A DNA stretch of 64,000 nucleotides from Eledone cirrhosa (Eukaryota): positions 1,054,001-1,118,000 of the forward strand of contig OZ024764.1 of assembly GCA_964016885.1 (NCBI GenBank), in the 5' to 3' direction. The translations under genes were made by a program, and so were the position numbers. The notes under the pieces are model-generated. The model searched no databases. It was not told the DNA's origin and saw only the letters and a program-made list of their open reading frames with translations. Below are positions 50,301 through 61,400 of the stretch, one piece after another (position 1 is the stretch's first letter; the number at the start of each line of letters is the position of its first letter).

Positions 50301-50783
50301 GCTCTACCCGTTCGAGACAAGCTCCACAGGCATGGGAGCCTGGGTAGAGATCCTTTGAATAAGATCTGTCCGAGATGCGTGCATGATGACGAAACCGTTG
50401 CGCACGCATTCGTACACTGCCCAGGCATTGCTGACCTGTGGGGCTATGTGGAACGACTACTGTCGAGGGTGGGACCAATCCGGTTGACCACCGAGTCCAT
50501 TGTCACGATCAAACCGCCTCCCCCTTTCAAAAACGAAGGAGAGGCGGTTTTTCTCTGTGTGGTAGCCATGGCTAAAGAAGTTGTATGGTGGACGAGGCTG
50601 AAAGGGCTGAGGTCAGACACCTTTCTCTCCGGCCAACAACTGGTCCCCTTTTTCAAATACCATTTTACAAGAAGGATCAGAATGGAGAGAGAGGTGCTCT
50701 ACCCCAGCAAGTTTTATGAAAGGTGGGTGAAAGTAGGGAGAATGGCCAGAGTGAATGGGTCTTCTCTCTATATCAGCCTGTAG
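47346..50783 (+). CDS. LINE ORF2 (APE-RT-ZnF), 1145 aa, copy 2
   Basis: Intact, with all motifs as in copy 1 and only a few substitutions. Confidence 0.96.
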   Translation: MADIRVGCLNVRGLGLSWKQGKLLNDLRSHRMDVMAICESRISSEHQLAPLFDDFEIFASLCQPGGGGGVVVLLRKHLGLAIQKVHLDPEGRLVVLDVGSSESGALRLIAVYAPFWAARPEYFQRLETFLGTSRSLLLVGDWNGFLDARWDYVGACANRGGCKSLKRLIGRFDLADRYRLDFPTVPLWTWTNRSGTSRSYLDRVLVRENDRDTFSCPKMFMVDYSDHKLVTCIANLDRTHRQGPGYWKLNLSLPRSKAYSKRISTLVKQSLTGAIVNNRWWSSLKRAIRIESIGFSQELARDRNKTERELVDRVEEAIRSGNVAGVLASRMALDQFFEVKHEGCVVRSKIRALGNEGAKAVSWARVTEAKSGNKSTIRSLKDQDGRVILEPGQMCAAFQRHFARLFERGGAPGETMDFNPYLDGLPRLSDAEAKSCERTISAAEIGAALSQCGKRKSPGLDGLPYELYVAMPDLFSDILEAVYCNWQQNGRIPSSVTKGVVTLVRKDENKGDDISNFRPITLLNTELKILAKVLAKRLALVVGNLVGEAQTCAIPSRSIHDNLHLMRYIIERVGNEPGFGGALINLDQSKAFDRVDHRYLDAVLAAAGFGPVFRGWIAAMHSSNVCSRVKVNGHLSEPFQIMRSIRQGCPLSSLLYVLALEPLLRKLERLQGIPLEPGLQKAASAYADDVTVMVSKTSQIGEIGTLLEEYERFTGAKLNRDMSVGFQLGTWRGKPMPSNDVVGRWTEGPVKLLGVWFGPDLQVEKNWNEVTARVFALTQKWAQCKLSLKGRAEVANTYIASVIYYRLTVVPCPVKRLAKMECALFQFLWNKRTPLVRRSICCQHPSKGGLGMPWLQMRKHALRLRHLQVFLTGQPVWAPFVRRAFPRLVSLTELQSWVKQRPRKVGDWHIECAQALTALWKADPAISGDSTSTFYRGLVRSRCDDALGEALGMEEDELASLFGRTVGPGPMDNFQKSLAWQCYRGALPVRDKLHRHGSLGRDPLNKICPRCVHDDETVAHAFVHCPGIADLWGYVERLLSRVGPIRLTTESIVTIKPPPPFKNEGEAVFLCVVAMAKEVVWWTRLKGLRSDTFLSGQQLVPFFKYHFTRRIRMEREVLYPSKFYERWVKVGRMARVNGSSLYISL

Positions 50784-51021
50784 GTGAAAGAAGAGGAAAA
50801 AGAGGAGACGAGGGAAGCACCTACTCTTTGTGCTCCTGAGGAGAAGGGTTGCACATTTTTTCCGGGGTGTGTGCGACCCATGTTAATGCCCCCTCCCTAT
50901 TGAGGACTTCGTTTGTTGTTGTTATTTCATTGTTATATTTTTGTACTCGTTAATTATATGTAAACTTTCCCCCTTTGTATCTGTCCCTACCTTTTGTGCC
51001 CTAGTGGCAAATAAAGAAACC

Positions 51022-52238
51022 ACTCTATATATACTATTGTATTGTCACAGTAAAGGCTTTACCTCACATAATATCTCACATAACATTTACATTACTCTAT
51101 ATATACTATTGTATTGTCACAGTAAAGGCTTTACCTCACATAATATCTCACATAACATTTACATTACTCTATATATACTATTGTATTGTCACAGTAAAGG
51201 CTTTACCTCACATAATATCTCACATAACATTTACATTACTCTATATATACTATTGTATTGTCACAGTAAAGGCTTTACCTCACATAATATCTCACATAAC
51301 ATTTACATTACTCTATATATACTATTGTATTGTCACAGTAAAGACTTTACCTCACATAATATCTCACATAACATTTACATTACTCTCTATATACTATTGT
51401 ATTGTCACAGTAAAGACTTTACCTCACATAATATCTCACATAACATTTACATTGCTCTATATATACTATTGTATTTTCACAGTAAAGGCTTTACCTCACA
51501 TAATATCTCACATAACATTTACATTACTCTATATATACTATTGTATTGTCACAGTAAAGACTTTACCTCACATAATATCTCACATAACATTTACATTACT
51601 CTCTATATACTATTGTATTGTCACAGTAAAGACTTTACCTCACATAATATCTCACATAACATTTACAGTACTCTATATTTACTATTGTATTTTCACAGTA
51701 AAGGCTTTACCTCACATAATATCTCTCATAACATTTACATTACTCTATATTTACTATTGTATTGTCACAGTAAAGGCTTTACCTCACATAATATCTCTCA
51801 TAACATTTACATTACTCTATATATACTATTGTATTGTCACAGTAAAGGCTTTACCTCACATAATATCTCACATAACATTTACATTACTCTATATATACTA
51901 TTGTATTGTCACAGTAAAGGCTTTACCTCACATAATATCTCACGTAACATTTACATTACTCTATATTTACTATTGTATTGTCACAGTAAAGGCTTTACCT
52001 CACATAATATCTCACATAACATTTACAGTACTCTATATTTACTATTGTATTTTCACAGTAAAGGCTTTACCTCACATAATATCTCTCATAACATTTACAT
52101 TACTCTATATATACTATTGTATTGTCACAGTAAAGGCTTTACCTCACATAATATCTCACATAACATTTACATTACTCTATATATACTATTGTATTGTCAC
52201 AGTAAAGGCTTTACCTCACATAATATCTCACATAACAT
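51022..52238 (+). repeat. 72-bp array, segment 3 (17 units)
   Basis: 1217 bp equals 17x72 minus 7 exactly. Confidence 0.96.
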
Positions 52239-52452
52239 CTCGTATACGAGAGACGTGTGTTGACGTGTGTGAACAAGCTCGGCTACCGAGTCGGATTTAC
52301 TTACTCAAAAAGTGAGTTTTGATTAATTTTTTTTTTATACTGTAATATACGTTAACCCCTTGCCTTGGTCGTCAAACTTTGAGTTTATTTATTTTCGCCC
52401 CTATTTGGGGCGAATTTTCCAGTTAAAAATTTATTACGGCAAACTAATAGAA

Positions 52453-54175
52453 ATGGACGGAATTTTCACATCTCATCCTAACGTGAAAGCCACGCCCCCT
52501 AAGAAAGGTGATACAGAGAAGCTAGAAGCACAAGGCTCTAAGTCTTCCCTCCTGACTTCTGTAAAAGAAACATGGAACACGGAATTAAAAGAAAAATTTG
52601 TAAAAATGGGTGAAAACCCAGAAAGTCACATAAACGCAGACAAAAACAACAACGACAATAACAGCAATAGTCACAACAGCAACCAAGGAAAAAATAACGA
52701 TAACACCAAACAAAGCGAACCCACTACTGGTGCCTCCTTTGCACAGGCGGTCCGGAAAACACAAACCTGCAAGCAACTGGACATTACAACTCTGAGAGAA
52801 AAGATGAAGGAAGCGAAACAGTATGTAACTTTCAAAGAAGGAGGAGACTTCACAATCACCTCCCCACAAGAAATCAAAAGAGACACGACGCTAAGAACGA
52901 TATCTTTCAGAACAATTTCCAACATAACAAGGAAACCAACTCAATTATCCCAAAAAGAGATTGAGCTGGTCCTAAAAAATGTGTGGAGTGATATATCGTT
53001 CATACAAAAAGGGCCACTCTATGGGAATATAACGGTCCTAATGAAGGATCAATTGACGGCCAGGAAATACTCTGTGGCACCAATTGTTTCCAAGCTACAT
53101 ACATTTTCCCCACATATTTAGGGAAAAGAACGCAGAAGATAAGGGTCTCCGGAATCCGGCCAAATGCATGCATTTCCTGGGTACTAACAGGATTTTTAGA
53201 AGACGAGGACGGAATCCTCTCAGTAGGAGAAGTCACCACAGACGTTTTCGGCGGTTTGAGCGTGGAGGTTCTGGTCCAAATGAGACCAGAACGAATAGCT
53301 AGAATACCACAGAGGGTGTCCCTCGATGGAGAAACATTTATATATATTTCAGCCGAGGGTAGGAGGCCCATATGTTACTACTGTTCAAGCAGGGGTCTCT
53401 AAGGGCTGCTTGTCCTCAATTGACAAAAAAAAAGGCTCTTTTGCCTACACCACACACACCACCACCGCCACCACCACCACCACCACCACAACAACAACAA
53501 AAACAACACGGAAAAATAACACAAGACACGGCCCCACCCAAAACAACTCCCAAAACACACACAAATACAACAAAACCCCAAAATACACCACTACCCGACA
53601 GCACGGACGAGGACCCAGCGGAAACGGCACCTAGTGACGAAGAGGGGGAACCCTTCCAACCTGTAAAAAGGAAAAAAAGAAAGCACCACTCGAACATAAA
53701 CGAAACAAACACACAACCACCAACAAAAACAAAACAAACAGAACAAACAAAATCCGCCCCACCCCAAAACATAACACATACAACAAAACGTAAGCACACA
53801 CAAGAACAACAAACAAACACAACACAAATAAAACAGTATACATACATTAACACAAATAACAAAGAACTAGTAAAAACAATACACAAAGACCCTTTGGTGG
53901 AAACTGAAGGGCAATTCTTTGCAAGCGCGGCCAACAAACCGCATTTAAAAATGATAAGACTCCCAATGGACACCTATGCAAAACTAAGAGAGAACTTTCC
54001 TGAGGACGTGGGGAAAACATGTACTCGACCCTATAACCGCGTCCTCTTGAAACGTTTCCCCACCCACACCTCACCAAACACCCCCACTCCACCACAGAAC
54101 AACACCCCACCAAACAACCCCTCCAATACGCCCATGGATATTGTGCAACCTGCTCCTCAGGAGCCGAACAGGTAG
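52453..54175 (+). pseudogene. Disrupted ORF1 of copy 3
   Basis: 1-bp loss in a T-run at about 53105, plus the same His-codon deletion as copy 2 at about 53397. Confidence 0.8.
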
Positions 54176-54196
54176 GTCCTTCCTCTTTTAACCAAC

Positions 54197-57100
54197 ATGG
54201 CTGATATAAGAGTTGGGTGTCTGAATGTACGTGGCCTGGGACTGTCTTGGAAACAAGGCAAACTTTTAAACGATCTCAGGTCGCATAGAATGGATGTAAT
54301 GGCTATTTGCGAGTCCAGGATCAGCAGCGAGCACCAACTGGCGCTCCTCTTCGACGACTTTGAGATCTTCGCATCTCTCTGTCAACCGGGGGGTGGGGGT
54401 GGAGTTGTCGTTCTGCTGCGAAAACACCTGGGCCTCGCCATACAGAAGGTGCACCTGGACCCGGAGGGTCGACTGGTGGTTTTAGACGTCGGCAGTAGTG
54501 AAAGTGGAGCCCTTAGACTAATAGCTGTGTACGCCCCTTTTTGGGCAGCGCGGCCGGAATACTTCCAACGTCTGGAAACTTTTCTGGGAACGTCCCGCTC
54601 CTTGCTTTTAGTGGGGGACTGGAATGGTATCCTGGATGCACGTTGGGACTATGTAGGGGCATGTGCCAATAGAGGGGGGTGTAAAAGCCTCAAAAGGTTA
54701 ATCGGCCGATTTGACCTGGCCGATAGATATCGACTAGATTTTCCGACTGTACCACTATGGACGTGGACCAATCGCAGTGGAACATCTAGGTCGTACCTAG
54801 ATAGGGTCCTAGTTAGAGAGAACGATAGGGACACATTTAGCTGTCCAAAAATGTTCATGGTTGACTATTCGGATCACAAGTTAGTGACCTGCATAGCCAA
54901 CCTTGATAGAACCCATAGACAGGGACCCGGTTACTGGAAGCTGAACTTGTCCTTACCGAGAAGCAAAGCTTACAGTAAACGGATTAGCACGTTAGTTAAG
55001 CAGAGTTTGACAGGGGCAATTGTCAACAACAGGTGGTGGAGCTCTCTTAAGAGAGCAATTAGAATAGAATCGATAGGTTTTAGTCAGGAATTAGCAAGGG
55101 ATAGGAACAAGACGGAAAGGGAATTAGTAGATAGAGTAGAAGAGGCGATTAGGAGTGGCAATGTAGCCGGTGTGCTGGCATCAAGAATGGCCTTAGACCA
55201 GTTCTTTGAGGTGAAGCATGAAGGCTGCGTTGTCAGGAGTAAAATACGTGCTCTGGGTAATGAGGGAGCCAAAGCTGTGAGCTGGGCCCGAGTGACAGAG
55301 GCAAAAAGTGGGAACAAGTCCACGATTCGGTCTTTGAAGGACCAGGATGGGCGTGTGATCCTTGAACCTGGGCAGATGTGTGCGGCCTTTCAGCGGCACT
55401 TTGCACGACTGTTCGAGAGGGGCGGCGCGCCGGGTGAGACTATGGATTTCAATCCATACCTCGACGGTCTGCCGCGCCTCTCGGACGCGGAGGCGAAGTC
55501 CTGCGAAAGGACGATTTTAGCTGCTGAGATAGGGGCGGCGCTGAGCCAATGCGGCAAACGCAAATCCCCGGGTCTCGATGGTCTACCATACGAGCTATAT
55601 GTAGCGATGCCGGACTTGTTCTCCGATATCCTCGAAGCGGTCTACTGCAACTGGCAGCAGAACGGGAGAATTCCCAGTTCTGTGACCAAGGGCGTAGTTA
55701 CGCTGGTGAGGAAGGATGAGAACAAGGGGGATGACATAAGTAACTTCAGGCCCATAACTCTGCTAAATACAGAGTTAAAGATTTTGGCCAAGGTGTTAGC
55801 GAAGAGGTTGGCGCTTGTCGTTGGAAACCTGGTGGGAGAAGCGCAGACATGCGCAATCCCGTCCAGGTCCATTCACGACAATCTCCACCTTATGCGATAC
55901 ATCATAGAGAGGGTAGGGAATGAACCCGGCTTTGGTGGGGCCCTGATCAACTTGGATCAATCTAAAGCTTTCGATAGGGTTGACCATCGTTACCTGGATG
56001 CGGTGCTCGCGGCGGCAGGCTTCGGACCCGTTTTCAGGGGTTGGATTGCTGCGATGCACAGCAGCAACGTCTGCTCAAGGGTCAAGGTGAACGGCCACCT
56101 CTCGGAGCCGTTCCAAATCATGCGATCCATCCGACAGGGATGCCCTCTCTCCTCCCTACTGTATGTGCTGGCTCTTGAGCCACTACTGCGGAAGTTGGAG
56201 CGGTTGCAGGGCATCCCTTTGGAACCGGGATTGCAGAAAGCGGCGTCGGCCTACGCCGATGACGTGACAGTAATGGTGTCGAAAACCTCGCAAATCGGTG
56301 AGATCGGCACCTTACTGGAGGAATATGAAAGGTTTACAGGAGCCAAGCTGAACCGGGACAAGTCCGTCGGTTTGCAACTCGGAACATGGAGAGGCAAACC
56401 GATGCCCTCCAACGACGTCGTCGGACGCTGGACGGAGGGCCCGGTGAAGCTGCTTGGGGTCTGGTTCGGACCAGACCTCCAGGTGGAGAAAAACTGGAAC
56501 GAGGTAACGGCCAGGGTGTTTGCACTCACCCAGAAGTGGGCCCAGTGCAAACTATCCCTGAAAGGTCGAGCGGAGGTGGCGAATACTTATATAGCATCCG
56601 TCATCTTCTACCGCTTGACCGTCGTGCCTTGCCCAGTGAAAAGACTCGCCAAAATGGAGTGCGCGCTGTTCCAATTTCTTTGGAACAAGCGGACCCCTTT
56701 GGTGAGGAGATCCATCTGCTGTCAACACCCTTCGAAAGGAGGGCTGGGGATGCCGTGGCTACAGATGCGTAAACACGCATTAAGGCTATGGCACCTCCAG
56801 GTATTCCTCACCGGTCAACCGGTGTGGGCCCCGTTTGTGAGGCGAGCCTTTCCCAGACTCGTCTCGCTCACCGAGCTGCAATCCTGGGTCAAGCAAAGAC
56901 CGAGAAAAGTGGGCGACTGGCACATTGAATGTGCCCAGGCGCTCACGGTCCTCTGGAAAGCGGACCCGGCAATCAGTGGAGACTCCACGTCGACATTCTA
57001 TAGAGGGTTGGTACGCAGCAGGTGCGACGATGCTCTCGGAGAAGCTCTAGGCATGGAGGAAGATGAACTGGCCAGTCTGTTCGGTAGGACGTTTGACCCT

Positions 57101-57634
57101 GGACCGATGGACAACTTCCAAAAGTCCCTGGCTTGGCAGTGCTACCGAGGGGCTCTACCCGTTCGAGACAAGCTCCACAGGCATGGGAGCCTGGGTAGAG
57201 ATCCTTTGAATAAGATCTGTCCGAGATGCGTGCATGATGACGAAACCGTTGCGCACGCATTCGTACACTGCCCAGGCATTGCTGACCTGTGGGGCTATGT
57301 GGAACGACTACTGTCGAGGGTGGGACCAATCCGGTTGACCACCGAGTCCATTGTCACGATCAAACCGCCTCCCCCTTTCAAAAACGAAGGAGAGGCGGTT
57401 TTTCTCTGTGTGGTAGCCATGGCTAAAGAAGTTGTATGGTGGACGAGGCTGAAAGGGCTGAGGTCAGACACCTTTCTCTCCGGCCAACAACTGGTCCCCT
57501 TTTTCAAATACCATTTTAAAAGAAGGATCAGAATGGAGAGAGAGGTGCTCTACCCCAGCAAGTTTTATGAAAGGTGGGTGAAAGTAGGGAGAATGGCCAG
57601 AGTGAATGGGTCTTCTCTCTATATCAGCCTGTAG
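54197..57634 (+). CDS. LINE ORF2 (APE-RT-ZnF), 1145 aa, copy 3
   Basis: Intact, with all motifs present. Confidence 0.96.
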   Translation: MADIRVGCLNVRGLGLSWKQGKLLNDLRSHRMDVMAICESRISSEHQLALLFDDFEIFASLCQPGGGGGVVVLLRKHLGLAIQKVHLDPEGRLVVLDVGSSESGALRLIAVYAPFWAARPEYFQRLETFLGTSRSLLLVGDWNGILDARWDYVGACANRGGCKSLKRLIGRFDLADRYRLDFPTVPLWTWTNRSGTSRSYLDRVLVRENDRDTFSCPKMFMVDYSDHKLVTCIANLDRTHRQGPGYWKLNLSLPRSKAYSKRISTLVKQSLTGAIVNNRWWSSLKRAIRIESIGFSQELARDRNKTERELVDRVEEAIRSGNVAGVLASRMALDQFFEVKHEGCVVRSKIRALGNEGAKAVSWARVTEAKSGNKSTIRSLKDQDGRVILEPGQMCAAFQRHFARLFERGGAPGETMDFNPYLDGLPRLSDAEAKSCERTILAAEIGAALSQCGKRKSPGLDGLPYELYVAMPDLFSDILEAVYCNWQQNGRIPSSVTKGVVTLVRKDENKGDDISNFRPITLLNTELKILAKVLAKRLALVVGNLVGEAQTCAIPSRSIHDNLHLMRYIIERVGNEPGFGGALINLDQSKAFDRVDHRYLDAVLAAAGFGPVFRGWIAAMHSSNVCSRVKVNGHLSEPFQIMRSIRQGCPLSSLLYVLALEPLLRKLERLQGIPLEPGLQKAASAYADDVTVMVSKTSQIGEIGTLLEEYERFTGAKLNRDKSVGLQLGTWRGKPMPSNDVVGRWTEGPVKLLGVWFGPDLQVEKNWNEVTARVFALTQKWAQCKLSLKGRAEVANTYIASVIFYRLTVVPCPVKRLAKMECALFQFLWNKRTPLVRRSICCQHPSKGGLGMPWLQMRKHALRLWHLQVFLTGQPVWAPFVRRAFPRLVSLTELQSWVKQRPRKVGDWHIECAQALTVLWKADPAISGDSTSTFYRGLVRSRCDDALGEALGMEEDELASLFGRTFDPGPMDNFQKSLAWQCYRGALPVRDKLHRHGSLGRDPLNKICPRCVHDDETVAHAFVHCPGIADLWGYVERLLSRVGPIRLTTESIVTIKPPPPFKNEGEAVFLCVVAMAKEVVWWTRLKGLRSDTFLSGQQLVPFFKYHFKRRIRMEREVLYPSKFYERWVKVGRMARVNGSSLYISL

Positions 57635-58426
57635 GTGAAAGAAGAGGAAAAAGAGGAGACGAGGGAAGCACCTACTCTTTGTGCTCCTGAGGAGAAGGGT
57701 TACACATTTTTTCCGGGGTGTGTGCGACCCATGTTAATGCCCCCTCCCTATTGAGGACTTCGTTTGTTGTTGTTATTTCATTGTTATATTTTTGTACTCG
57801 TTAATTATATGTAAACTTCCCCCCTTGTATCTGTCCCTACCTTTTGTGCCCTAGTGGCAAATAAAGAAACCACTCTATATATACTATTGTATTTTCACAG
57901 TAAAGGCTTTACCTCACATAACATTTACATTTCTCTATGGATTTTGATATTATTTATTTTGAGAACAATACCTTAACATAAGTATGAGTGGCCAGTTACA
58001 GCCGGTTTGAACAGAAAGAGGTGAGAGAATTCCAGCGAGATATGGCCGGTTTAAATGCTAAAGGGTTAAAAAAAACCATTATACGTGACAAAAAAAAGTA
58101 CATTACGAGAAATCCCATATGTTATAAAATAAATAGGATGGGTTGGGGTCTCAGTATGTAAACTAAACAACTAAAGGTTTAATGTATAAAGAAAATTGAT
58201 TGTTACAGGAATGTTACCACTTAAAATAAATTTTGTGGAGATAGTGTAGCAAAATTTAATAAGTGAAGGTTTGGGTGGAATAAGGGTGGGTTTTTCTAAA
58301 AAATATTTTGTCAAGTAATGTAACCCCTCCTAACGGCCTTTACACTAATACAGGCAGGATTTTTATTGTCATCAAGTTTTCATGATAACGATTGTTATCA
58401 TTGTTGGTTTGTGTAAGTGAGATCTA

Positions 58427-61400
58427 TCATCATCATCCTAATTGCCATCACCATCATCACCATCAATACCATCATCATAATCATCACCATCATCGTTTAA
58501 CCTCCATTTTCCACGCTAGCATGGGTTAGACAGGTTGTCCCATTTGAGGCAAGTTGAGTCAGGTGACCATGTCTTGCTCATACAGAACTGATCTTGGCTT
58601 GCTTTCTACAGCTGGATGCTCTTCCTAGCGCCAACCTCATTTACAGTGAGTGTTGGGTGCTTTTTTGCCGTGGCACCTCCACGACCACTTTACAGTATGG
58701 GCTGGGTACTTTTTGTTGTGACAGCTACATGACCACTTTACAGTGTGGACTGGGTGTTGTTTGTCATGACACCTACATGACCACTTTACAGTGTGGACTG
58801 GGTGCTATTTGTTGTGACACCTACACGACCACTTTACAGTGTGGACTGGGTGCTATTTGTTGTGACACCTACACGACCACTTTACAGTGGAGACTGGGTA
58901 CTTTTTGTTGTGACACCTACATGACCACTTTACAGTGTGGACTGGGTACTTTTTGTTGTGACACCTACATGACCACTTTACAGTGTGGACTGGGTACTTT
59001 TTGTTGTGACACCTACATGACCACTTTACAGTGTATACTGGGTCCTTTTTGTTGTGACACCTCCACGACCACTTTACAGTGTGGACTGGGTACTTTTTGT
59101 TGTGACACCTACATGACTACTTTACAGTGGACTTGGTAATTTTTGTTGTGACACCTACATGACCACTTTACAGTGTGGACTGGGTGCTTTTTGTTGTGAC
59201 ACCTACATGACCACTTTACAGTGTGGAGTGGGTACTTTTTGTTGTGACACCTACATGACTACTTTACAGTGTGGACTGGGTCCTTTTTGTTGTGACACCT
59301 ACATGACCACTTTACAGTGTGGACTGGGTGTTGTTTGTTGTGACACCTACATGACCACTTTACAGTGTGAACTGGGTGTTTGTTGTGACACCTACATGAC
59401 CACTTTACAGTGTGGAGTGGGTACTTTTTGTTGTGACACCTACATGACTACTTTACAGTGTGGACTGGCTAGTTTTAGTTGTGACACCTACATGACCACT
59501 TTACAGTGTGGACTGGGTACTTTTTGTTGTGACACCTACATGACCACTTTACAGTGTGGACTGGGTACTTTTTGTTGTGACACCTACATGACCACTTTAC
59601 AGTGTGGACTGGGTACTTTTTGTTGTGACACCTACATGACCACTTTACAGTGTGGACTGGGTACTTTTTGTTGTGACACCTACATGACCACTTTACAGTG
59701 TGGACTGGGTACTTTTTGTTGTGACTCCTACATGACCAATTTACAGTGTGGACTGGGTGCTTTTGGTTGTGACACCTACATGACCACTTTACAGTGTGGA
59801 CTGGGTACTTTTTGTTGTGACACCTACATGACCACTTTACAGTGTGGACTGGGTACTTTTTGTTGTGACACCTACATGACCACTTTACAGTGTGGACTGG
59901 GTACTTTTTGTTGTGACACCTACATGACCACTTTACAGTGTGGACTGGGTACTTTTTGTTGACACCTACATGACCACTTTACAGTGTGGAGTGGGTACTT
60001 TTTGTTGTGACACCTACATGACTACTTTACAGTGTGGACTGGGTCCTTTTTGTTGTGACACCTACATGACCACTTTACAGTGTGAACTGGGTGTTGTTTG
60101 TTGTGACACCTACATGACCACTTTACAGTGTGGAGTGGGTACTTTTTGTTGTGACACCTACATGACTACTTTACAGTGTGGACTGGGTCCTTTTTGTTGT
60201 GACACCTACATGACCACTTTACAGTGTGGACTGGGTACTTTTTGTTGTGACACCTACATGACCACTTTACAGTGTGGACTGGGTACTTTTTGTTGTGACA
60301 CCTACATGACCACTTTACAGTGTGGACTGGGTACTTTTTGTTGACACCTACATGACCACTTTACAGTGTGAACTGGGTGTTGTTTGTTGTGACACCTACA
60401 TGACCACTTTACAGTGTGGACTGGGTGTTGTTTGTTGTGACACCTACATGACCACTTTACAGTGTGGACTGGGTGCTATTTGTTGTGACACCTACATGAC
60501 CACTTTACAGTGTGGACTGGGTGCTATTTGTTGTGACAGCTACATGACCACTTTACAGTGTGGACTGGGTACTTTTTGTTGTGACACCTACATTACCACT
60601 TTACAGTGTGGACTGGGTACTTTTTGTTGTGACACCTACATGACCACTTTACAGTGTGAACTGGGTGTTGTTTGTTGTGACACCTACATGACCACTTTAC
60701 AGTGTGAACTGGGTGTTGTTTGTTGTGACACCTACATGACCACTTTACAGTGTGAACTGGGTGTTGTTTGTTGTGACACCTACATGACCACTTTACAGTG
60801 TGGACTGGGTACTTTTTGTTGTGACACCTACATGACTACTTTACAGTGTGGACTGGGTCCTTTTTGTTGTGACACCTACATGACCACTTTACAGTGTGGA
60901 CTGGGTGTTGTTTGTTGTGACACCTACATGACCACTTTACAGTGTGAACTGGGTGTTGTTTGTTGTGACACCTACATGACCACTTTACAGTGTGGAGTGG
61001 GTACTTTTTGTTGTGACACCTACATGACTACTTTACAGTGTGGACTGGGTCCTTTTTGTTGTGACACCTACATGACCACTTTACAGTGTGGACTGGGTAC
61101 TTTTTGTTGTGACACCTACATGACCACTTTACAGTGTGGACTGGGTACTTTTTGTTGTGACACCTACATGACCACTTTACAGTGTGGACTGGGTACTTTT
61201 TGTTGTGACACCTACATGACTACTTTACAGTGTGGACTGGGTCCTTTTTGTTGTGACACCTACATGACCACTTTACAGTGTGGACTGGGTACTTTTTGTT
61301 GTGACACCTACATGACCACTTTACAGTGTGGACTGGGTACTTTTTGTTGTGACACCTACATGACCACTTTACAGTGTGGACTGGGTACTTTTTGTTGACA

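Larger units (their letters stand above)
45401..51021 (+). mobile_element. Full-length Tx1/L1-type retrotransposon, copy 2
   Basis: Same termini and same satellite junctions as copy 1. Lacks one GACGTGTGTT repeat in the 5' UTR. Confidence 0.95.
52239..57871 (+). mobile_element. Full-length Tx1/L1-type retrotransposon, copy 3
   Basis: Same termini and junctions as copies 1 and 2. Confidence 0.95.
37063..58065 (+). mobile_element. piggyBac-like non-autonomous MITE inflated to 21 kb by the 72-bp array and nested insertions
   Basis: TTAA(37059-62)|CCCTTTAACATTTA at the left and TAAATGCTAAAGGG|TTAA(58066-69) at the right, a 13/14 TIR match. The array starts inside the left TIR and resolves into unique body sequence at about 57931. 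Confidence 0.75.

Noticed and set aside
38630-57507. Many short antisense and alternative-frame ORFs inside the LINEs
   Set aside because: Shadows of ORF1/ORF2 and their A/C strand bias. They recur only because the copies are near-identical.
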